This document shows, in pieces, positions 40,101 through 49,383 of a stretch of 64,000 bases of DNA. The position numbers and the translations under genes are program-made. The DNA comes from an uncultured delta proteobacterium. GTDB taxonomy: Bacteria; Myxococcota_A; Polyangia; Polyangiales; JAFGIB01. The notes beneath the pieces are model-generated. The model was not told where the DNA came from. It saw nothing but the letters and a program-made list of their open reading frames with translations, and did not search any database. Each line of letters starts with the position of its first letter. Positions within the stretch are counted from its first letter, which is position 1. The stretch spans positions 896,001-960,000 of the forward strand of contig CAVZVA010000010.1 in assembly GCA_963778655.1 (NCBI GenBank), given 5' to 3'.

Positions 40101-40950
40101 CGGGAAGCACGGGAAGCACGTGCCAAGGGAGTGCAGCCAGGCGCTAGGCGCGCGCGGTCCGTCCGTGTGCAGACGCGGATTGCACGTCGATCGCGCGCGC
40201 ACCGCGGACCCCAGCCGCAACGTGTGGCGGATTCTGGCTCGGCGACAGGTTGAAGGAGCACCGCTCTGGAGCGCACGACGGACGCACCGCACCGGTGCCC
40301 GGCCGCTCATTCTCGTGAGCAGCTGAGCAGCGGGTCGGTGGCCCAGGCGTGAAACTCGGCCTCAGGCCGCGACGGCCATCACCGGGGGCGGATAGGTGCC
40401 GGGCGGGAACCCGACGTCGCGCTCTGCGCGGCGGTAGCGTTCGGAGCGGTCGGCGTAGACGACGTGCAGCACGCCCATCTCTTCGTAGTGCTCCAGCCGG
40501 CGCTCGTGGCTGCCGAAGCAGTAGGGGCGGCGCGTCGTCTTGGGATGCTTTGGACGCTGGTCGAAGTTGGCGTCGAGGATCTTCTTCAAGCCGAGGATGG
40601 CTTGTTTGCGGGAGCTTCGCGCATCGGTGCCCACCTCGTCTTCGCGCACGCGCTCGCTGACCCAACGGCGCAAGTCTGCGGCGTACGCATCGCGGTCGCG
40701 GCCTTCGGAGGTGGGCAGCGGCGAAAGCGTCAGCGTGACCGGCACGAAGTGCGGCGCGAGGTCGTGGGGGCGGCCCGCCGCAACCCACGCGTCGTTGTCG
40801 AAGTGCTCGAAGCTCAGCTGGTCGCTGTCGTTGAGGCCGAAGCACAGGTTCAGGCCGGGCCATTGCTCGGGGTCCTCCACCGTGCGCGCCTTGCGCGGAT
40901 TGTCGACACAGTAGGCCACGCGCCCGCTACCCGCGGCGTCGTCAAGCACC
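40101..40950 (-). mobile_element. RAYT-like element family A, copy 3 (3' half of transposase plus end)
   Basis: Direct repeat of 35788-36493 (offset 4322). Has AYCVDNPRKARTVEDPEQWPG, the Y1 catalytic-Tyr motif. Confidence 0.85.
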
Positions 40951-41113
40951 GGTTGGATGTCCGTGGGGCAGGGACCCGGGGACCCGCGCGCGCATCAACC
41001 TGGGGTAGGGACCCGCGCGTGGCTTGGATCGCGAACGAGGTCTGGCCCCGCATCGAGACGTCGCGAGGCGGGGTAGGGCGGCTTTCGGTCGCGCGGAGGG
41101 CTATGCTCAGCGC

Positions 41114-41575
41114 GTGCTGGTCCTGCTTCTCAGCGCCGTCCTGATCGGTGATCCGTTGCCGACGCTGTCTCTCATGTCGGTGGCCGGTGGGGAGCGCGTT
41201 GAGCTGCCCGCGCGTGGCCGCATCATGGTCATCGACCTCTTCGCAACATGGTGTCGCCCGTGTCGCGAAAGCCTCCCGGCGCTGGAGCGGCTGCAGCATC
41301 GCTACGGCGACCGCGTCGAGTTCGTCAGCATCGCAGAGGACGACGACGCGGCGCGGGTCGCGCGTTTCGTTCACCAGCTCCACGTTGGCGGACGGGTGCT
41401 GCTCGATCCGGACAGACGAGTATACCGGGCACTCGGCGCGCACGAGCTACCGACGACCTACGTCATCGATGACACGGGCGTCGTGCGGAAGATCAACAAC
41501 GGCTACGGGCACGGATACGAGGCGCGTGTCGCCGCCTGGCTCGAACACATCCTCGCGGGCAAGACGAGGCAATAG
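41114..41575 (+). CDS. TlpA/ResA-like thiol-disulfide oxidoreductase
   Basis: DLFATWCRPCRESLP and LPTTYVID..G motifs. TATGCT lies 6 nt before the GTG. Confidence 0.85.
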   Translation: MLVLLLSAVLIGDPLPTLSLMSVAGGERVELPARGRIMVIDLFATWCRPCRESLPALERLQHRYGDRVEFVSIAEDDDAARVARFVHQLHVGGRVLLDPDRRVYRALGAHELPTTYVIDDTGVVRKINNGYGHGYEARVAAWLEHILAGKTRQ

Positions 41576-41972
41576 GGGGGCGTCCCGAGAACGGCGTCGA
41601 GGTGAGCCACAGCCGGGCGCCCGGCATGCGCTCTCGCGGCGTCGGACCGTTGCTCATGGTCAACGACATCGCAGAGCGGAGGTTTTCAGGGGGTGTGGAT
41701 CTCGTGCTGAGCAGCGATCACGTTTCGTTCGAGAGTTGCCGCGGAACGCGGCCCCGCGTGGGGAGGGCCCGCAGGGCCGGCGTGCCGCCCCTCGTGAAGA
41801 AGCAGGGGTCTGGCCCCGCCAAATCAGCGCGTGGTGATCAGTACGAGAACCAGACCCTTCTCAGGCCGGATTTCGACCCCGTGATCGGGGAAGAGCGGAG
41901 GCTCGCCGGGCTCAGCCGCCGCCGGCGGTTGCTCGAGAGCGTGGTCTGCGCCGCGCCGCAGCCTTAGACCGA

Positions 41973-42505
41973 CGGCAAGGCGGTTTGGGGTACGCAGCGT
42001 TTGGAAAAGCTCAACCCCTTCGACACCCCCAAGACCCCGCGCCGCAAGGGCAAGCTCAACCCCACCTTCGCCGCCGGCAGCGCCGAAGGCCAGCGTCGAG
42101 GGCGTGCAATCGTGAAGGCCTTCCGTGCCGCCTCGTGCCGCCTATCGCGAGGCCCTTCACCAATGGCGTCACGGCCTCGCCTGCGTGTTCCCCGCCGGCA
42201 CCTTCTGGCTCGCACGCTTCGTGCGCGTCGCCTGCGTCCCGCTCGAGACCGCCTGCCCGGCTCTCGACAGCAGTTGGCCCCACCTGCATCGCCGAGTCCT
42301 GTTGCTCGCGCGGCGCGCGCGGACGGTAAGCTCCGTCCTGCGCGCATCGTCAATTGCAGCATTGCGTCCGCAACGGAGCGAGTGCACCGCTTTTGCTGCG
42401 GTCCTGGTACCCGAACGCGCCCCGACCGGCATCGGACCACGCCGCCCGGCCCATCCAGCACCCCCGCGGCCTTCCTCCCCACTCATCAACCTGGGACAGG
42501 AACCA
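41973..42505 (+). mobile_element. RAYT-like element family B, copy 1 (frameshifted 3' part plus end)
   Basis: Direct repeat of 44511-45033, carrying a 10-bp duplication (CGTGCCGCCT) near 42124-42143. Confidence 0.85.
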
Positions 42506-42841
42506 CGAGCCGAGCACGACCACGTGGGCGTGCGGGTTCAGAATCTCACGACGCTACCGGGATTCCTCGGGAGTGGAGGCAATCGCCGCAAACCGCGCGC
42601 CAGCGACCATGCAGAGCGCGGTACCTGTGCTTCCGCAAGATCGTGAAATGTCTCGATTCTACACGTGGCGCCGATCGCGCGACCCGCGGTCGAAATCCGG
42701 CGGAACCTCGCGATCGTTCCCACAGATCGACGCGGCTCAAGAATACCTCCGAGAGCATTCAGCGCAGTAGCGCTCACCGGCCTTCGGCCGGAGCTATGCG
42801 TCGGCTCGCGGCACGAGGCGTCCGCCTGACAAGCCGCTGCG

Positions 42842-44026
42842 CTACGCCTTCAGCGTCGGCATCGCTCGTCGCATGAACTCGTCGAACAGTGGCACGGTGA
42901 ACGCCATGTCGCCGTGAGCAGGGCTGTAGATCATGCCCTTCTTGATCAGCTTGGCGCGCACCGGACCGAGGCTCGTGACCTTGACGCCGAGGACGCCGGC
43001 GATGTCCCCTGTGCGCTGCGGACCTCCGCCCAGCTCGGCCATGGCGCGCAGGAAGTTTTTTTCGCTCGGCGTGCAGCGGTCGAATCGTACGAGGAAGAAG
43101 TTCTTGTCCAGGCGCGAAACCGCGGCGTGGGTCGCGCGCTCCACGATCTTCAGGGTGATCGGGCTCGCCTGCGCCAGGTTCCACGCGTGGTAGCCCCACT
43201 CCTGCAGAAAATACGGATAGCCCTGCGTGACCCGAAACACCTCTGCGAGCGCCTTGGCTTCGAATGACACGCGTGCGGCGCGCGCGGGCTCTTGGAGGGC
43301 CTTGGCCGCGTCGTCCCTGGACAGCGCACCGACTTCCGGAAAGCTGAAGAGTCGTTCGGCGTAGGACTTCGATTCTCCAGCAAGGCCGGGAAGAATCGGC
43401 AAGCCCGCGCCGAGCAGCACGAGCGGGAGCTGCCGCTGCTGCACCTTGTGCATCGCCATGATCAGGGCACCGAGCTCGGTCTGATTGAAGTACTGGATCT
43501 CGTCGATCAGGATGGCGACGGCGCTCTTGCGGTCCTCCGCAGCTTCGCCGATCGCCTGAAACAGGTTAGGCAGGTCGACCTCGAGATCGCCGCTGTCTGC
43601 GGCGCCCTTTTCCGGCTCGATGTCGAGGCCGATCGTGACGTCGCTGACCGTGAGCTTCAGGGCGCCGACGAAGCCGCGCAGAACGGCGAGACCCCGTCGG
43701 ACTTTGTGACCAGCACCCGCGATCCGGTCGAGGTCGTAAAGCAGCGTGCGCAGGTGGGGCGCGATCAAGGCTCCAAGCGGCTTGTCCTCGCGCGCTTCGA
43801 TGGCGATGGTCCGGAATCCCTCGCCGTCGGCCATTCTCTCGATCGCGTTGAGCAGCACCGTCTTGCCGACGCCGCGCAGACCGGTGAGCAGCATGCTCTT
43901 CTCGGGCCGCTTCTGCTTGGCGCGTCCGAGGAGCACCCGCGCCTGCTCGATAACCGGATCGCGCCCGACCAGCTCCGGCGGCGGCGCACCGGCACCCGGC
44001 GAAAACGGGTTCTTGATCGGGTCCAC
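42842..44026 (-). CDS. AAA-family P-loop ATPase with C-terminal winged helix
   Basis: NPFSPGAG..PPELVGR, Walker A GLRGVGKT, Walker B ILIDEIQ, GYPYFLQ, and RAKLIKKGMIY..HG...FTVPLF. Confidence 0.9.
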   Translation of the reverse strand: MDPIKNPFSPGAGAPPPELVGRDPVIEQARVLLGRAKQKRPEKSMLLTGLRGVGKTVLLNAIERMADGEGFRTIAIEAREDKPLGALIAPHLRTLLYDLDRIAGAGHKVRRGLAVLRGFVGALKLTVSDVTIGLDIEPEKGAADSGDLEVDLPNLFQAIGEAAEDRKSAVAILIDEIQYFNQTELGALIMAMHKVQQRQLPLVLLGAGLPILPGLAGESKSYAERLFSFPEVGALSRDDAAKALQEPARAARVSFEAKALAEVFRVTQGYPYFLQEWGYHAWNLAQASPITLKIVERATHAAVSRLDKNFFLVRFDRCTPSEKNFLRAMAELGGGPQRTGDIAGVLGVKVTSLGPVRAKLIKKGMIYSPAHGDMAFTVPLFDEFMRRAMPTLKA

Positions 44027-44047
44027 AAGTGTAGCCGTTTATATCCA

Positions 44048-44071
44048 TTTATACCCGTATGCAAGTATAAA
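44048..44071. promoter_or_regulatory. AT-rich promoter region with inverted repeat TTTATAC-N10-GTATAAA
   Basis: TTTATACCCGTATGCAAGTATAAA lies just upstream of the ATPase start. Confidence 0.5.
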
Positions 44072-44235
44072 CGAGTCAAAATGCCTCTCGACCCGCACAC
44101 GCTGGCGGAACTGGCCGAGAGCGCCGGGCCCCGCCCGGCGAACGGGGAGCCGGCAGAAAAGTTGGTGAAGCCGCGCCGCTCGTCAAGGCGGCCATATGGA
44201 ACAGCCGTTTCGTCTCGCAGAGTCGGATTCCGTCG

Positions 44236-45033
44236 GCTGGCTACGCACCCGTCAACGTGGTCAAGGCGCTGCTGGTGCGCGACTTCCGGGACTGGCACGG
44301 CGTGCGCTCGACCCCTGCGGACTGGCTCGCCGCGCCGGGCACGGTCAGGCGACCCGAGTTTCACTTCGGGCAGAAGGACAAGCGCTGGGCCGAGGTGCAG
44401 GCGCGCTACCCGCCGGCGCTCGCCGACCGCGACCCGCAGCGCGTGGTCGCCGACATGGAAGCGCTGATCGCGGAGCGCCAACGCGCGATCCGCGTCCAGG
44501 CCGCACGTGCCGGCAAGGCGTTTTGGGGTACGCAGCGTTTGGAAAAGCTCAACCCCTTCGACACCCCCAAGACCCCGCGCCGCAAGGGCAAGCTCAACCC
44601 CACCTTCGCCGCCGGCAGCGCCGAAGGCCAGCGTCGAGGGCGTGCAATCGTGAAGGCCTTCCGTGCCGCCTATCGCGAGGCCCTTCACAAATGGCGTCAC
44701 GGCCTCGCCTGCGTGTTCCCCGCCGGCACCTTCTGGCTCGCACGCTTCGCGCGCGTCACCTGCGCCCCGCTCGAGACCGCCTGCCCGGCTCTCGACAGCA
44801 GTTAGCCCCACCTGCATCGCCGAGTCCTGTTGCTCGCGCAGCGCGCGCGGACGGTAAGCTCCGTCCTGCGCGCATCGTCAATTGCAGCATTGCGTCCGCA
44901 ACGGAGCGAGTGCACCGCTTTTGCTGCGGTCCTGGTACCCGAACGCGCCCCGACCGGCATCGGACCACGCCGCCCGGCCCATCCAGCACCCCCGCGGCCT
45001 TCCTCCCCACTCATCAACCTGGGACAGGAACCA
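44236..45033 (+). mobile_element. RAYT-like element family B, copy 2 (3' half of transposase plus end)
   Basis: GYAPVNVVKALLV...DWHG and FRAAYREALHKWRHG...FPAGTFWL (stop 44805). Ends CATCAACCTGGGACAGGAACCA. Confidence 0.85.
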
Positions 45034-45073
45034 AGACCGCAGCAACACCTCGCGCCGCGTCAGCGCGGCCTTC

Positions 45074-45172
45074 GCCGCTGCCGACCCCGCCCTCTCCCTC
45101 GACGGTCAACCCGGGACAGGGATGCCGCTGCCGACCCCGCCCTCTCCCTCGACGGTCAGCCCGGGCAGGGAT
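45074..45172. repeat. 50-bp tandem duplication
   Basis: GCCGCTGCCGACCCCGCCCTCTCCCTCGACGGTCA(A/G)CCCGGG(A)CAGGGAT x2. Confidence 0.9.
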
Positions 45173-45404
45173 CCCGCGGGTTTGGGAATTGCGATGGTGC
45201 CCTAAGTGAGCGTCGCCCCGACTCACATGCGATGCGACCGAACCTTGTCGCGATTCGGCGCTATCCACGGGAAATTGTTGACATCTGAGCCACCGTGCAC
45301 CCACCAAAGACAGATGCTTGAGTAGGCCTTACGGCCGAAGAAGCACCAAGTTCTCCGGGTTGTCCGTTGAGGCACATCGAGCGGAGCTGTAGAAATCAGC
45401 CATC

Positions 45405-46011
45405 ATGGGGGTTCGGGAGAAGAAGCTGCTGTACCACCTGACCGAAGTGGGCAATTTCGAGCAGCATTGTCTCCCGCGGTCTTTGTTCGCGGCGTCTGCT
45501 GCAGACCTCGGGCAACGCGTTCGCCGATCACGCCGACTCCGAGATCCTCGAGGGCCGAGCCGAGCATGACCTCGACGCGTTCGTCCCCTTCCACTTCTTT
45601 GCGCGGAACCCGTTTGATTACGCCGTGATCAGGAACGCTTCTGCGAAGCAGTTCGTACTCATCGCGGTGCCTCGAAGCTACGCACGCGCGAACGGGTGGC
45701 GGATTGTCCCACGGCATCCGTTGTCTTTTGCGCAGCCCCCAGAAGTCCTCGATTGGGATCAAGGAATGGATCGGATCGAATGGGCTCAGATGGATAAGCA
45801 GGGCCGCGACTGGGAGAATGACCACGACTGCAAGTTGGCCTGCATGGCGGAGGCACTAAGTCCGACCATCGTCGCAGTGCAAGCGTTTCAAGCGCTGTAT
45901 GTCGCGAGCGAATCGGCCCAAGCTATTGTGGCTCAGGTGTTCCAGAGCGCGAACGTCCGGTCGTGTCATCTGAACCTCATGCCCCGGATGTTCCCGAAGG
46001 GAGCGCGATGA
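45405..46011 (+). pseudogene. darT: DarT (DUF4433) ssDNA ADP-ribosyltransferase toxin with a +1 frameshift near 45462
   Basis: MGVREKKLLYHLTEVGNFE / SIVSRGLCSRR..FVPFHFFARNPFD..PRHPL..CMAEALSP. ATGA overlap with darG. Confidence 0.8.
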
Positions 46012-47039
46012 GGATGCCAATGGTTCGCTTTGTCCAAGGCAATCTCTTCGAGAGTCGAGCAGAAGCGCTCGTCAACACCGTCAACTGCGTTGGTGTGATG
46101 GGAAAAGGTATCGCCTACCAGTTCAAGCGCGCATACCCGGAGATGTTCAAGGACTACCAACGCCGATGCAAAATCGGCCAGATCCGCACTGGGGAGGTCA
46201 CGAGCTATCGTGAACGCGGCAAGGTGATCGTCAACTTCCCAACGAAGGATCACTGGAAGGCGCGTTCACAACTCAACGATGTTGAAGCTGGGCTCAGTGC
46301 TCTTCGCGAGTTCATTGTCCGTGAGAAATTGAAGTCCATCGCGATCCCACCGCTTGGCTGCGGAAATGGCGGCTTGGCTTGGGCCGACGTTCGCGAACGA
46401 ATTGAGCAGCAACTGCGCGACCTGCCGGGCGTTGATGTCGAGGTCTACGAGCCGGTCGGGCAGTTCAGTTCGAGCGTTGCCGAGGAGCCTCGTCTGTCGC
46501 TGGGACACTTCATCTTGGTCGGACTCCGAGCAGAGCTGCAAGAGCCGAAGAAGCTGGTTTTGCAGAAGGCAGCCTACTTCTTCAACGTGTTTGCCGGCGA
46601 GGAGTACTTCCGCTTCAAGGCTTACCGCTATGGTCCGTACTCGTCCGCGCTCGACCCGATGTTCAAGACTATCAAGGACTACTTGGAATTCACCGGGGTG
46701 CCCCGAACGCGGCTCGTTGAACTTGGCCTGACCACAAAGCTCAAGGGTAAAGACGCCGACCGCATGAAGGACATGCTTCCAGCCGTGCGGGCAGCAGCGA
46801 AGTATTGCAATGGGCATCTCAGAGATCTTGAAGCACTAGCTACGGCGCACGCGGTGGTTGTCGAGAACCCACCGACCCAAGAGTCCCGGGCTATCCAGAA
46901 GTTCTTGAGTTGGTCCGAGGAGAAGTCGCAGAAGTTCGATGCTGAGGACGTGCGCCGAGCGTTGTCGCAGCTCGAAGCCGACGGCTTGATCCGCAACACG
47001 TTGCTCGGATACGAGCCGGTCGCTCGGCGCCCTTCGTGA
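46008..47039 (+). CDS. darG: DarG macrodomain antitoxin
   Basis: GNLFES.AEALVNTVNCVGVMGKGIAYQFK, NFPTKDHW, SIAIPPLGCGNGGL and LQKAAYF..YGPYS motifs. Confidence 0.92.
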   Translation: MRMPMVRFVQGNLFESRAEALVNTVNCVGVMGKGIAYQFKRAYPEMFKDYQRRCKIGQIRTGEVTSYRERGKVIVNFPTKDHWKARSQLNDVEAGLSALREFIVREKLKSIAIPPLGCGNGGLAWADVRERIEQQLRDLPGVDVEVYEPVGQFSSSVAEEPRLSLGHFILVGLRAELQEPKKLVLQKAAYFFNVFAGEEYFRFKAYRYGPYSSALDPMFKTIKDYLEFTGVPRTRLVELGLTTKLKGKDADRMKDMLPAVRAAAKYCNGHLRDLEALATAHAVVVENPPTQESRAIQKFLSWSEEKSQKFDAEDVRRALSQLEADGLIRNTLLGYEPVARRPS

Positions 47040-47152
47040 ACTCGCCACCACAATCAACATCACAGCTCACCCCTTGAGCAGCCGTAACCACTTCTGCTGC
47101 CTCGTGTTTTCGCCGATCCGCGCTCGGCTTGAAGCTCCCGTGTCGGCAGTCT

Positions 47153-48226
47153 TCAAAACAACCGCCCCTGATCCCTCACCGGCAGCGGTACCCCAACATG
47201 CTCGTACGCCTTATCCGTCACCACTCTTCCCCGCGCCGTCCGCGCCAAAAACCCCTGCTGCAACAAGAACGGCTCGTACACGTCTTCCAGCGTGTCCCGC
47301 GGCTCACTCACCACCGCCGCCAGCGTGTCGATCCCCACGGGGCCGCCCTTGTAATGCTCGATGATTACTTGCAGCAACCGCCGGTCCATCGCGTCCAGCC
47401 CGGCGCCGTCGACCTCCAGCCTCGTCAACGCTTCATCGGCGATCTTCCTATCGATCGCCCCGTCGCCGAGCACGCTGGCGAAGTCGCGGGCGCGGCGCAG
47501 TAGGCGGTTGGCGATGCGCGGCGTGCCGCGGGCGCGGCGCGCGAGCTCGGTCGCCGCGTCCTCCTCCAGCGCGATCTTCAACAAGCGCGCGCTGCGGCGG
47601 ACGATCTCTGCGAGCTCTTCGGGCGGGTAGTAGTCGAGGCGCTCCACGATGCCGAAGCGCGAGAGCATGGGGTTGGTGAGCAGACCGGTGCGGGTGGTGG
47701 CGCCGATCAGGGTGAAGGGCGCGAGCGGGAGCTGCAGCGTCGCGGCATACGGCCCGTCGCCCTGCACGATGTCGATGCGGAAGTCCTCGACCGCGGTGTA
47801 GAGGTTTTCCTCGATCACCGGGCTCAGGCGGTGGATCTCGTCGATGAACAGCACGTCGCCGCGCTCCATACGCGTGAGTAGCGCGGCGAGCTGGCCCTTG
47901 TGCTCGATCGCCGGCCCGTGCGCGGTGGCGACGTTGGCGCCGAGCTCCTTGCCCAGGATGTGCGCGACGGTGGTCTTGCCCAGGCCGGGCGGGCCGCACA
48001 GCAGCACGTGGTCGAGCGGCTCGCCACGTTGCTTGGCGGCCTGCACGTAGACCTGCAGGTTGCCCATGATCTTGCGCTGGCCCACGAACTCGTCGAAGCG
48101 CAGCGGCCGCAGCGCGCGGTCGAGGTCGCGATCGTCGCTGCCTGCTTCCGCGTCGACCACGCGGCCGTCGCCGTTGCTGCCGTTCTGCTGCTTGGCGTTC
48201 ACGCCGGATGCTCCTGTGTCTCGCAT
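47153..48226 (-). CDS. ruvB: Holliday junction DNA helicase RuvB
   Basis: [45 protein letters not shown] and GGPVG motifs. Confidence 0.97.
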   Translation of the reverse strand: MRDTGASGVNAKQQNGSNGDGRVVDAEAGSDDRDLDRALRPLRFDEFVGQRKIMGNLQVYVQAAKQRGEPLDHVLLCGPPGLGKTTVAHILGKELGANVATAHGPAIEHKGQLAALLTRMERGDVLFIDEIHRLSPVIEENLYTAVEDFRIDIVQGDGPYAATLQLPLAPFTLIGATTRTGLLTNPMLSRFGIVERLDYYPPEELAEIVRRSARLLKIALEEDAATELARRARGTPRIANRLLRRARDFASVLGDGAIDRKIADEALTRLEVDGAGLDAMDRRLLQVIIEHYKGGPVGIDTLAAVVSEPRDTLEDVYEPFLLQQGFLARTARGRVVTDKAYEHVGVPLPVRDQGRLF

Positions 48227-48239
48227 GCCGCGCGCGCCT

Positions 48240-48848
48240 TCATGCCAGCGTCGAGAGCGCCTGGCGGATCAAGTGCTCGAGCGGCGCGGCTTCGTCCTCG
48301 GGGCCGACCACCTTGCGTGCCGCGCTCTCGGCCTGGACGCGCGTGAACCCGAGGCCCTGCAGCGCGCTCATCACCTCGCCCGCGCGACCGGGCACGTCCA
48401 CCGCGGGCGGCGTGGTCGCGCCCGGCATGGGCGCGCCGGGCAGCGCGGGCAGCTTGTCTTTGAGCTCGAGCACCAGCCGCTCGGCCATCTTCTTGCCGAT
48501 GCCCGAGACCTTGGCCAGGCGGTTCTTGTCGCCGCGCGCGACCGCCGCGCCCACCTCCGCGGCCGTCATCTCGGAGAGGATCGCCATCGCCAGCCTGGGG
48601 CCGACGCCGGTCACCGCGAGCATCAGCCGGAACGCGGCGCGGTCGAGCGCGCTGTCGAAGCCGTAGAGGCGGATCATTTCCTCGCGCACGTGGGTGTGCA
48701 CGTGCAGCGTGACCGCGTTGGGCAGTGACGGCAGCCGCGCCGCCGTGCGCAGCGGCACGAACACCTCGTAGCCGACGCCTTGCACGTCGAGCACGCAGCA
48801 GCCGTCCGGGCCCCAGTCGAGGGCCACGCCGGTGAGCCGGCCGATCAC
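48240..48848 (-). CDS. ruvA: Holliday junction branch migration protein RuvA
   Basis: [31 protein letters not shown] and [17 protein letters not shown] motifs. Confidence 0.96.
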   Translation of the reverse strand: MIGRLTGVALDWGPDGCCVLDVQGVGYEVFVPLRTAARLPSLPNAVTLHVHTHVREEMIRLYGFDSALDRAAFRLMLAVTGVGPRLAMAILSEMTAAEVGAAVARGDKNRLAKVSGIGKKMAERLVLELKDKLPALPGAPMPGATTPPAVDVPGRAGEVMSALQGLGFTRVQAESAARKVVGPEDEAAPLEHLIRQALSTLA

Positions 48849-48868
48849 GCGCCGACACTAGCACAAGA

Positions 48869-48885
48869 CCTGAACGTCCGGGCAG
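48869..48885 (-). promoter_or_regulatory. Candidate myxobacterial LexA box upstream of ruvA
   Basis: Minus strand CTGCCCGGACGTTCAGG fits the CTR-N7-GTTCAGS core and lies next to the -10 TAGTGT. Confidence 0.5.
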
Positions 48886-48896
48886 TTTGTGACACG

Positions 48897-48919
48897 AAAA
48901 CCGGCCCGGCGGAGGCCGG
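48897..48919 (-). terminator. Intrinsic terminator candidate
   Basis: CCGGCC-N7-GGCCGG-TTTT on the minus strand, after the ZnF gene. Confidence 0.55.
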
Positions 48920-48967
48920 CGCTTGCGCCGCGCGTGCGCGGCCCGTGCCCTTGCCGACGCGCCGCGG

Positions 48968-49258
48968 TCAGCCCGAGATCGCGGCGTCGTCCAGATAGCA
49001 CCACACCCAGGTCTCGCCGGGCTCGGCCGAGGTGATGATGGGGTGGCGGGTCTCGTGGAAGTGCTTGGTGGCGTGGCGGTTGGGTGAGGAGTCGCAGCAG
49101 CCGACGTGGCCGCACTGCAGGCACACGCGCAGGTGCAGCCAGCTTCCGCCGATGCGCAGGCAGTCCTCGCAACCGGCGCCCGGCCGCTCCACCTGGCGGA
49201 CCGTCACCGCCGTGGCCACGTGCTCGCAGGGTTCCTCGATCCGCACGGTCTCGAACAT
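48968..49258 (-). CDS. UBP-type zinc finger protein
   Basis: CEDC..W.HLRVCLQCGHVGCCDSSPNRHATKH..EPGETWVWCY. Confidence 0.9.
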   Translation of the reverse strand: MFETVRIEEPCEHVATAVTVRQVERPGAGCEDCLRIGGSWLHLRVCLQCGHVGCCDSSPNRHATKHFHETRHPIITSAEPGETWVWCYLDDAAISG

Positions 49259-49383
49259 TTCTTGCCACCCTTTGCCACATCGGGGCCCGCGCGCCAGCGA
49301 AAGCGGCCGCCGGCTGCCACTGGTTTCCGCTTGGCCCCACCGCGCCTGCGCGGCAACACCCCGTCCCTCGCCCCCCGCGCGCG

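Noticed and set aside
35788..40815. A2/A3 as a DGR template/variable repeat pair
   Set aside because: Differences include non-adenine positions, there is no reverse transcriptase, and the repeats encode transposase.
41602..41967. 121-aa ORF
   Set aside because: No recognisable motif or RBS. Probably degenerate sequence.
33040..47039. Classical integron
   Set aside because: I recognised no tyrosine recombinase and no attC-like sites.
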